DNA of 64,000 nucleotides. Source: Eutreptiella sp. 'Long Island Sound 2002' (Eukaryota; Protista; Euglenida). Positions within the stretch are counted from its first letter, which is position 1; every line of letters starts with the position of its first letter. Made by a program: the position numbers and the translations under genes. The DNA lies in NCBI GenBank assembly GCA_964036045.1, contig OZ038379.1, forward strand, positions 48,050,001 to 48,114,000, in the 5' to 3' direction. The notes under the pieces were generated by a model, which saw only the letters and a program-made list of their open reading frames with translations, did not search any database and was not told the origin of the DNA. Below are positions 22,380 through 31,879 of the stretch, piece after piece.

Positions 22380-24460
22380 TTGCTGGGGATTTGTCCAGCT
22401 GGGACCGCCCCAACGTGGACCAGGCCGTGTTGTGGGTGGGGGAGGGGGCGGTTGGGAGGGTGGGGTTGTGGGAGGGGGGTGCTGCCCAGGCCCTCGTCGC
22501 CGACGCCCCCGAGGCGGTCCCTGCCCCCCCCCCCCCACCTGCCCCTACCACCCCACCTTCCTCTCCTGCACCGCCCCCGCCACCGACCTCGCCATGATGG
22601 AGGTCGCCGAGCACTCGGGGCTCTTTTTCGTGGGGGACGTGCACCAGATCGAGATCTGCAAGGGGGACAACGTCGATGCGGAGTCGGAGATCCACTTCGC
22701 CATCTCGTTGCCCCCCCCGGTGCGGCCGACCACGCTGTGGCACTTGCTCAACACTGCCCCAGCGTGGCGGCCCCCGAGGTGCGAGTAGGCTGGGGCATGG
22801 TCAATCACCTGTCCGTGTGATTGCAAGGTGTGCCCCCTGTGCATTTATGTGTGTTTGCTTGCTTTGTTGACAAATTGGACGAAATTCGCACGAATTAGTG
22901 TGAAATTCGTGCGAATTTCGTACGAATTTCACAGAAAGTTCTGTATTCACACACTTGCCGAGCACATTTGTTCGTACGAAATTTGTACGAACGAATGTAC
23001 TCGGCAAGTGTGTGACTAGAAAAGTTTCTGTGAAATTCGTACGAAATTCGTACGAATTTCACACAAATTCGTGCGAATTCCGTCCAATTTGTGTACCGTT
23101 TGCACTCTGTTTCGCCAACGGTCGTTGCATCCACGCTCCCGCTTCCTCACACACTTTGCCTCGTCTGCAGGTGCCCTTCCACGCGTGGTCCCCGGAGGTG
23201 CAGCACCACGCCCGCAGGCGGTTCAATCCGCATCATCGCGTGCAGGTGCCCTTTGAGGAGAGCAAGCGGGCCAAGAGCTCCGGGGCTGGACGGGCCCCGA
23301 GCGAGGCCTCAAGTGAGCGCAGCGAGGCCTCCGCGCGCTCAGGACGCACTGCGGGGGGGGGGGGGGCGCAGCGAAGCAAGCTCGGGTGCGGGGCGTGGGC
23401 ACGGGGCCGGGCGGGAGGTGGTGATCCCCATGCCGTCGCGCAAGGACTTGGGCACCGCCCACCTCGACCCCCCCCCCCATGGCCCGGGTCACCTTGGCCG
23501 CCAGGCCAGCCGGAGCCTACCTGGCAGCACAGAGTGGCGCCCGGGCCCGACGGGCGGCAGCGGCATCTTTCGGCCGTGTGGGACCTGGCCGTGGAGGCCC
23601 AGGGGGTGCAGGCCGACCTCCGCACCCCCTTCCCCTGCCCCCTTGTGATCCGGGGGGGTTCCAACATGCCCGAGGGGCAGGAGCTGGTGGGCATGTTTGC
23701 CTACCGGCTGGTGAGCGGGCACTGGCGGGTGCAGACGGGGGTGGCGGGGATTGGGGAGGAGGGGAGGTGACCACGGCCAGCATCATGTCACTGGCCGCGG
23801 TCAAGGGGTGGGAGAAGCGGAGGCCGGAGTGTGTGGACGTGGCATGGCTTGCCATGCGCGTCCTTGTGGGGAGGATGCGGAGTAGGTGGTGGGGGGGGTG
23901 ACATCATTGACGTTGAGGGGGACGAGGACGCCCCCCCCGCCCCCCGCGCCAGGAAGCGGAAAGCCCCCCCCCCCCCCGCCCCCCTCCAATGCCCCGCGTA
24001 CAGGCACCCCCGCCAAGCGGGCGGCACGTGAGCGGACGAGGGGGGATGTGGCTGTAAGGGTGGAGCAGCAGCAGCAGCAACAGCGCGCGATGTGGGAGGT
24101 CCGCGCGATCAGCGCGGAGGCCGCGCAGCGCGACATGGAGGCCTGTCTTGCTAAGGCGAACGAAGACCGCCGGGCCGCTGAGGTGGAGCGTGATGCCCTT
24201 GCCGCGACAATGATCGCCTCACTACCAAGGTGAAAACCTTGGAGCGGGAGGCAACTCAGTGGTCCACGGCCCCGCGGGGCAGGGCACCCGGACCTACGGC
24301 GGAGGGGGAGGCCGAGGGCCCCGACGGCCGAGAGGGGGGGGGGGGGGCGCCCAGCGCCGCCGGCACTCCGTTCAAACCGGCTATCGGTCGCAGGGCAGTC
24401 AAAAGCAGCACACATGCAAGCAAGGGACGTATCAGGCATTCCACATGCAGACCAAGCTAT
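22380..24460 (+). CDS. GC-rich spliced hypothetical gene, 5' part (probable transposon accessory ORF)
   Basis: Protein-like exon peptides (DLAMMEVAEHSGLFFVGDVHQIEIC; VPFHAWSPEVQHH; RAMWEVRAISAEAAQRDMEAC). GT-AG introns at 22779-23170 and 24387-24435. Frameshifts coincide with G/C homopolymers. Confidence 0.5.
22870..23092. repeat. ~223-bp near-perfect palindrome built from CGTACGAAATT modules, inside an intron
   Basis: ACAAATTGGACGAAATTCGCACGAATT at the left end is the near-perfect reverse complement of AATTCGTGCGAATTCCGTCCAATTTGT at the right end; symmetry continues inward. Confidence 0.9.
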
Positions 24461-24670
24461 CACTTGCTCAACCTGGGGCAAACGGAATTTGGGCGTTTTA
24501 CGCCAGTGAGCGTCGTTCAAACCAACACACGCAAAAATGAGCACACACTTCTGCGAGTTCTCAGGAATGACCCTTGCTTTGCTAGTACCTTTGGCCTCAC
24601 TGCACTTCTTCAAAGGTCCCGCCTCGCGAATAGAGCTCAGCATGTCACCCACGGCTGGGCTGTCCACCAT
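24461..24670 (-). pseudogene. N-terminal fragment of a DIRS/VIPER-type reverse transcriptase
   Basis: SKARVIPENSQKCVLIFACVGLNDAHWRKTPKFRLPQVEQV resembles RT motifs 1-2 (IPK...LI...LN...F.LP). Similarity stops at the junction; no catalytic DD motif is present. Confidence 0.65.
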
Positions 24671-25824
24671 TTGTATACCACTGGCATACTTCTGCTGGAC
24701 TCGCTGTCGTACTCCGCGCGCGTGGCACTCGTGGGCTCCAGGGATTTGCTTCTTTTCCGTCTCTTTGTGCTGACCGCACTCGCCTGAGTCCTAGGGCATC
24801 GCTGAGGTGCAGCGTCTCGCAGATCCGCTCGGATCCATCGCGCCCACAGACTGTCCACAGGTCGTTCTTCTGACCTGTATTGGAACGCGCCGCCTGCCCC
24901 CCCCCCCAACCAGTCCACCGGAATCGGGAGCTGCATCCTTCTCTCGCAAGACCACGCGTGCGTTGGGTGGCAGTAATCCTTGGCGACACTGGGGGTGAGC
25001 CATCCTCCCGCGAGCATGATCATCTGGATGCGGGCGCCCCAGAACCACAGGGCCGCCGCTCCACACCTGCGCAGGGCATGCCACTTGTACCCTTCGAAAT
25101 CCGATTCTCCAATAATCTTTTTCCATCCCGCCTGCAACTCCGCCGCGTCCTGGAAGGAAAAGGGCAAGTCAGCACGCCCGTGCTTGAGCCGTCGGATTTC
25201 CCAGAGGAACATCACCCACCACTTCGTCCACGGACCCACCTCCACATCCCAGATGCCCGGTCGTCCTTTTTCGCCGTTGAACCGGACGTCCCCACGTGCA
25301 CTGGTGCGCACTGTGGCCGCCTCCCCCACTCGTAGCAGGCATGCCACGCTGATGCAGACCAATGCCACGACTTCGGCGCTTGCCAGGTCCACAATCTGCT
25401 CCGCCAGCCAGACGAACAATTCCATCGGCGCCCAGTGTACCAGGGCTGACTCGCCTCGTACCCGTCTCTTGGCCAACCACTTGACCACCTGCCAGTCACC
25501 CGTCTCCACAATCCTGGGATGAAGCCGTAACTTGTCCAATTGCCTGCACGCGGACAATAACTTTTTGAGGCTTCCCTCCGCGTTCTCACTTGCCACCATT
25601 TCCTTGATCTCCAACTCCAGAACGTGGCGTGGGCTCGCCCCAAATTGCTCCCGATTTCGCTTCCGCGGCCTCCGGAGTGCTGCCGCGCACCCCTTCCTGG
25701 TGCTCTCCTCCAGGGCATGTGCCGCTGCCGACAGCCACGAGCACCCAGGTTCCGACTCGATGGCATCCAGGTACTGCTGCACAGCCTCACGGAGTCCCCG
25801 ACCCCCTCTGTCCACCTCATCCAA
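24637..25824 (-). CDS. Tyrosine recombinase (integrase-family catalytic domain)
   Basis: Catalytic set intact: R165 (LLRVGEA), K186, H249-x-x-R252 (WHALRR), W275 (AGGW) and Y284. Confidence 0.92.
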   Translation of the reverse strand: MDEVDRGGRGLREAVQQYLDAIESEPGCSWLSAAAHALEESTRKGCAAALRRPRKRNREQFGASPRHVLELEIKEMVASENAEGSLKKLLSACRQLDKLRLHPRIVETGDWQVVKWLAKRRVRGESALVHWAPMELFVWLAEQIVDLASAEVVALVCISVACLLRVGEAATVRTSARGDVRFNGEKGRPGIWDVEVGPWTKWWVMFLWEIRRLKHGRADLPFSFQDAAELQAGWKKIIGESDFEGYKWHALRRCGAAALWFWGARIQMIMLAGGWLTPSVAKDYCHPTHAWSCERRMQLPIPVDWLGGGAGGAFQYRSEERPVDSLWARWIRADLRDAAPQRCPRTQASAVSTKRRKRSKSLEPTSATRAEYDSESSRSMPVVYKWWTAQPWVTC

Positions 25825-25851
25825 CGCGCCCCCCCCGTGCTCACGTAGTCA

Positions 25852-28194
25852 GGCCCCACAGCCAAAGGCCTCGGCCTCGTGGTACCAGTGCCGCTGCCAA
25901 CACTTGGGGCATGGCACCTCTGGCGGGTTGGTACAGTCGATCCACCGCTGGCTCTTCTTGGACCAAAACTCCCGTCGCCCGTCCACGACCCGGATGTCCA
26001 CCTTTCCCTTGCGTCCGGCGTTCGCTGGCTGTGTGGCCTTTTGACGTCCGCTTTTGCCACTGGACTAGGAACAACGAACTGTGTGAGCTGTCACTGGACT
26101 CGCTGGTACTTCCACTGGAGGAGTTAGTATCCCTCGACCTGCGCCTCTTACCTTTCTTGTTCTTGTGGACCGCTTTTTTCGCCTTCTTGCGTTCCTTGCG
26201 GCGCTTCTTCTTTTCGTTCTTGTGCTTCTTCTTCCATTCTTCCTTCAAGTAATCATTCCCTTGACGATCCATCTTGCGCATGACGTCCCATATGGCATTT
26301 GCCAGGCTATGCTCGTCCGCCCTCTCCGGCTGCTGCAGGTAGTCACGAAGGGCCTTGCTGAGTCTTACTGTCCATTTGGGCGCACCCGGCCGCTTCCTGA
26401 TTTTGCGCACGTTCTCCAGGTTCAAGACCTCATATGGGCTCTCTTCCTCGTCGCTACTGTCAAGTTCTCGTAGGTGCTCGTCGTGCTCCTTTCTGTTCGC
26501 TCCTTCGAACCTGACCTGATGCTCCACCTCGTCGTACTCTTTGCGGGCCTCCTGCAACGCATCCCAGTCATCAGGATTGTGATACTCCTCGCGGCGAACC
26601 TGCACGTACTGCATCACAGAGAAGTCCAACAGGGCGCCTGCATACGTTTCAAAACATCCCAGCAACGTCCACATATGCTCTGGCTCCAGCCCCGGGCAGT
26701 TGACGCTGACGTCTGTCAACAGAGAGGGCAAGTTGCCTGCAAACCTGCCTATCATCTTTTCTATGGCACGTGCCAATGCCCCGTCTGTCGTCGGTGAACC
26801 TGCCAAATACTCCCTCCAGGTTTCGTACTTCTGCACACGGAAGACGGCCAGCGCCGCCAGCGGGTGTGAGTCCCCAGCTCCCCCCGTTAGACAGGCCCTC
26901 ATCTCCAACAGCATCCCAGGTGTGACACCGAGGTCTCGTAGGCTCACGTTCCTCACCAACAACGTAGCCCCCGCGATGAAGATGACGTTCTCAGTCTGTT
27001 CAGGGCACCATGCCGCAAACTGCCTGTAGTCCTTGTCCAGCTGCACTGGTACCTGGTGCACGGCTACTCGCAGGTCACGCAGTAGAACGTGGCGATCCCA
27101 AACCAGCAATTACCCTTCCGGGTCCAGTGGCCGCTCGTCTACACCTTCCGGGAAGAACTCAGTCTTGTGTACCTCAGTGAAGCCGTCACCAGTCTGTACA
27201 CCGTCCCACTCATCGAGCACCGTGTCCGAGTCCCAATCCTCTTGTCGATCTTGCCACCATTCCACGAGCTCTTCCTCAGCCGCACAGTCTTCGTCTTCCC
27301 CTCCCACAGGGGGCTACCAGTCACCTCCATGCCCAGTTGTACCTCGCTCTTGCCGTTGCTGCACCCCCGGGGCTGCCAGACCCCGCCCAGATGGGCACGC
27401 ATCGCGCTTGGCGAGCAAGGGCGTAGGCCATTCCCCTGGCAAGTGTGCACAATTGCCCCCTGTGCGTGTGTCGCCGCCGTGAGGCCATCAGTCATCTCCA
27501 TACCCAACTCTCCTGTGCTCCTGCCGCCACTGCACCCTCGCCCTTGCCAGCAGCCGTCGCCACTGGACCGGGTCCGAGGGAGGCCAGACCTAGTGAGCCT
27601 CTCACCGTCGTCACAGTGGATTCCATCACCCGGTCGACCTGCTTTGCGCGAAACACCGGCGTGAGTCGCCGCTGTGGGGTCACCACGCACCTCCATACCC
27701 AGCTCTACAGTTCTCCTGCCGCCGCTGCACCCCCGCCCTTGCCAGCAGCCGTCGCCACTGGACCGGGACCGAGGGGAGCCAAACCCGGCGAGCCTCTCAC
27801 CGTCGTCACAGTGGATTCCATCGCCAGGCTGGCCTGCTTCGCGGGAACCGCTGGCGTTTGCCTCCGCGGGGGGGTCACCGGGCACCTCTGCACCCAGTTC
27901 TCGTGTGCTCCTGCCGGCGCTGCATCGCCGCCATCGCCAGCAGTCGCCGTGACTGGACATGGTCGGGGCGGGGTTGTCATCTGATCCAGCGAGTCCCTCA
28001 CTGTCACCACCGTAGGGTCCATCTCCAGGCCGGCCTGCTTCGTGGGCATCACCGGCTTGTGTCGTTGCGGGGGGGTCACATGGCACATCTGCACCGTGCT
28101 CCTCCTGGTTCGTTCCGCCTCCGCGTCCCCGCTCGCGCCCCCAATTGTATCCACCGGGCCTTGCTTGAGGCAGGCCGCTCTCGATGTCGCCCAC
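25852..28194 (-). pseudogene. Gag-like ORF1: 65-aa repeats, ubiquitin-like domain, Lys-rich tract, C-terminal Cys/His knuckle
   Basis: ORFs 27139-28194, 27110-27307 and 25841-27109 are linked by a frameshift and a TAA. A shifted frame at 25852-26070 reads WIDCTNPPEVPCPKCWQRHWYHEAEAFGCGA*. Confidence 0.65.
27310..28090. repeat. 195-bp (65-aa) coding tandem repeat, ~3.5-4 degenerate copies
   Basis: CTCACCGTCGTCACAGTGGATTCCATC at 27601 and 27796; PGDGIHCDDGERL recurs every 65 aa. Confidence 0.85.
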
Positions 28195-28452
28195 GATTAC
28201 TCCACTGTCGTCGTCACGAGGCCCACCGCGGGGCGGCCCGGCTTCTCCCGCGTCCTGATATCCGGGTCATCCGGTCTGGTCAGCGTCGTCCCTGACCACT
28301 TCTCCACATTGGCGAGCTGTCGACGCTCCCACAGCATGAGAAAGGCACCCGTAGTCGCGGGGTGCCTCCGACTGGGCCTGTCTGCTCATGTAAAAATGAA
28401 AAACAGACTGCACAGGGAAAAGGAAGTAGCCTGCAGTCCAGACTACAGCTAT

Positions 28453-28959
28453 GGCTGTGACTGCTGCTGTTCCTGCTACCGACGGCCTGCATCAGAACTT
28501 CAATACATCGTACAGGGGTTCCTCTTGGCTGGCATAGAGACGGATACTTGGCTAACCGGGTAGCCCCGCTCAAAGGATCCGGCTCCGCACGAATCTGTTC
28601 AAAGACGTCAAAACCATGCAATGTGCTGTGGCCCAAGCCAATAGCTTTTGCCCACATACTACTACTAAGTGTCCGCACTACATACATCTGGGTACTACAT
28701 ACAGGGGTTCCTCTTGGCCGGGGCGCAGGCATGGCACGCGCAGGCTGAGGAGGCGGCAGGACAGATGTCGGCTGTCTCCACGGGTCTGCGCATGGCCCTG
28801 CTGCAGAGCGGGGCGGACGTCGAGGTCTCGACGGTGGCGCCCGACCTGGCCAAGGTCACTGCTGCCGACCACCTGGACGCCACCTTGGCGGAGGCGGCGG
28901 AGCAGAGCTCCCGGGGCTCCGCTGGCCAGATGTCTGCTCCAAGGGGGGGGGGGGGGTAG
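28453..28959 (+). CDS. 3' part of the GC-rich spliced gene beyond the YR insertion
   Basis: Exon-like QGFLLAGAQAWHAQAEEAAGQMSAVSTGLRMALLQSG...; the frame resumes across the removed element (DQA-MAVTAAVP). Confidence 0.4.
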
Positions 28960-29358
28960 CTTTGCCTCTCACATCAAGACCTCGTGTCCCATCTAACCTG
29001 CACGAATGTTATTTGTACATATTTGAATATCAATATATGTACATACAAGTACTACCTGCCCCCCCCCCCCTGGCGATGCTGGCATGGGCAGTTTGAAGGA
29101 CATGTGGGGTACACCCCCCCCACTGTGCAAAGTTTGCAATGGACGTGACGTCCCTTTCTACAGCTATTGCTTTTTGCACATTGCACATTGCACTTTTCAA
29201 GTCTTGTTCTCGTGGCCCTCCCGTGTTGATTGCTGTGGGTGCCTAGAATCGTGGTGAACAAGGAGGTCGCATTTTCCGGTGAACGCAATCAGGATCAAGC
29301 CCCGGGATGTTTCATGCGAAGAAACGATAAAAGAGGAAAAAAAGAATAAATTCGCTCA

Positions 29359-29495
29359 GATTCGTGTGAAATTCGTACGAAATTGAGTTTCGTACTAATT
29401 TCACAGAAACCTCTATATTCACACAGCTACCGAGCACATTTGCTCGTACGAAATTCGTACGAATTTCGCACGAATGTAGTGCGAATTTCACGTGA
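29359..29495. repeat. CGTACGAAATT palindrome cluster upstream of the transposase
   Basis: Same modules as 22870-23092, including CACAGAAA..TATTCACACA..CGAGCACATTTG.TCGTACGAAATT. Confidence 0.85.
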
Positions 29496-29585
29496 CTCTC
29501 ACCAAATTTAGTCACCTTGTGCATGAGGACGGCACAATCCTGCGATATAGTCCTACCCATTTCCACAGGGTTTCTACCAGACACC

Positions 29586-31363
29586 ATGGGTCGTGGTGAC
29601 GGGGCTCGGCTCAAGGAGCCATTCCATTTGGTAGCTGAGCGCACGCAACGGAGGCGCCTACAAGACCTCCAGCAAGTTGTTAGCAAGGAGCTTGCGGCAC
29701 CCTACACCGTCAAGTACCTGCCCGACACCGGGCAAATAGTCCTTACCCCGGAGACAAGAGTTACAAGGACCGTGCAGCTTGAGCCCAGCATGGAGGAGAG
29801 GTTGATTATGGCCGTTTGGTGGATCCGGTCGTTGCACCTCTCTAGGACAGAGGCGCGGTACCTAGTGGGGAGCATGACGTACCGGGTGGTATGGGAACCG
29901 GTGTACGGCATGCTTTGGCATCTAGCTTTACCGGAGTCCCGGGCGTTCACTGCCTATACGGGAGACAACACGGCCATCTATGGCGCGGCTTGCTACCTCC
30001 CCGACCGCATCGGCCACTTGTACTAGTGTCAACCACCCCCACCCTCGGACATCATGCAGCCCGGGGACCGACGGTTGCATTGGTTGCCTATTGCGGTGGA
30101 TGGTACATCGAGGCATGAGGGCTCGTACCTCCATTGCACGCTTGGTACCACCGCCAGCCCCAACCAACTATCTAGTTGGTGGCTACTAGGGGGCACTAAA
30201 AAGTGGGAGACCCTCTACGCGGTTTCACAAGAAATAGATGTTGATGATGAGTTGTGCAAGGCCGCAACCGTAAGTGTTAAGGATACGGAAGGGAATGATA
30301 GGCAGTCCCTTTTTTTTCTGTGAGCGGATGGGAAAACGCACGTGCTCATTACAGGCTGCCAAAACCGGAAGGCAGAATCCCTTGGAGCCACGGTGTGCGG
30401 GGTTTGCATGCGCAGCCGTGCCCTTTGCCTTGCTACCTTTGGCACAGCAAGTGCAATAGACGCCGGCTGGATAGGGGCCGTTGCCATATGCGCTATATAT
30501 AGCACCATTACACGTGATGGACGAGTGCCTAATTATGGCCTCCATGGGGTCTTGCGTGTCTTGTTGTGCGGCATAAACGGGACACGGGACCTGGTTGCAC
30601 AATTGACAGGTAAGGCACCGGCCATTGTGGCACACACCATGCTGCAACCAGTTTTAGATGAGGCAACGCTTGCTGCAAGAACTTGCACCCGTGCCTCATT
30701 AAACAATGAGAAGGCAAACAACAAGGGGAAGGTAAGGATGGAGTATGATGCTGCCATCCACTTCATGCGGAGCAGGGTTGGGAGAAGGTAATGGATGCTT
30801 GCCTACAACACCCCAGCGTGAGGCAACATCAAGTAGCAGGAAAAAACTGAGAGTTGGTGTGCAAGATGTGGTGGGAGAATTTTGCAAGCATGTGCGTGTT
30901 CGCTTGCCGTTCCGCATGTTTCTCTGGAGCCGCCTTGGGGCGGCTCTGGAGACATAGCATAGCCATGGGCGCTGCCCACAATGAGCTCCACTAGGGCAAA
31001 CTTATGTGGACGCATCTTTGGATCGAACACGTGTTTTTTTTTGCAAAGAAGTGGAGAATCTTGTCAAAAATCTCCTGCTTTGCCATAGAGGGGAGTCATC
31101 GGAGGCTGAAGCGCATGTTGCGCAACAGCGGGGGCCTAACCCTCCTCCGAGGGACACTAGTGGTGCAACTGGTTGTGGACAACCACACCATTGATGATAG
31201 CCTGGCTGCGCATGGTCGGGATGCCACCAAAAGGGCACAAAATGGGCAAGGGCCAATTAGTGTACAAAGGTACGCAAGCCGTACCAGCAGACGACTTCCA
31301 ACCGACATGCAGCACCTTCAGACCCTAGAGCGGCGGTTCCGGTGTCGCAAGAAACGGATGTGA
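29586..31363 (+). pseudogene. RAG1/Transib-like DDE transposase (~590 aa, with stops and one frameshift)
   Basis: NBD-like LKEPFHLVAERTQRRRLQDL; D1 PIAVDGT; D2 FL*ADGK followed by VCGVC; NYGLHGVLRV; WTHLWIEHV; E in CFAIEGSHRRLK. ORFs 29517, 30054 and 30342 are in frame across TAG 30024 and TGA 30321; frameshift at ~30770. Confidence 0.8.
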
Positions 31364-31486
31364 GAATACAACACGACCCCAGACCACTATTGCCTGTGGC
31401 CGGGGTGCCTGCAGGGGTGCATTTGGGGGGGGGGGGGGGGACCCCGGGTGTTGGGACAAATGAGGGGGTGCACAAGGGTGAAAATG

Positions 31487-31562
31487 GTACGAATTCACGT
31501 GAATTCGTGCGAAATTCGTACGAAATTCGTGCGATTTTTGTACCAATTCACATGAATTCACG
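31487..31562. repeat. CGTACGAAATT/GAATTCACGTGAATTC palindrome cluster downstream of the transposase
   Basis: Perfect 16-bp palindrome GAATTCACGTGAATTC plus CGAAATTCGTACGAAATTCG. Confidence 0.85.
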
Positions 31563-31879
31563 CCTGTGAATGGGCTACAAGCTTGCCGGGTTTCGGCACT
31601 TTTTCGTTTTGGGCGCCGTTTGGGCATGATGGATGCGCTTGGGGCTGGACTTTCATTGGATGACGCTAATGAAGCTGGGACAAGAATTTTCCCCCTCAAA
31701 ACCCTCGGTAGCAACCAAAAATATGGCGTTTCCCTCAGAAAACCTCGAAATTTGGGTCAATTCGCACGAATATTCACACCCCACTCAAACTGCCACTTAT
31801 CCCCCGTTCACGAAGGGTACACACGCCCCGAACTAGTTTCAGTTCCAGAGCGGCCAACGCTTCCCCTGCCAGGCCGACG

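Larger units (their letters stand above)
24461..28452 (-). mobile_element. VIPER/TATE-like tyrosine-recombinase retroelement (gag-YR-truncated RT), ~3.99 kb
   Basis: Gene order gag-like, YR, then RT N-terminus is that of VIPER/TATE. AGCTAT occurs at both junctions (24455-24460 and 28447-28452). Confidence 0.75.

Noticed and set aside
23801-24460. C-terminal ~220 aa of the 289-aa ORF as part of RT
   Set aside because: It is antisense read-through into the GC-rich gene beyond the element junction; no RT motifs.
29040-31830. Defined TIRs and 5-bp TSD for the RAG-like element
   Set aside because: Only a gapped 10+7-bp inverted match; no CAC-type terminus or TSD could be identified.
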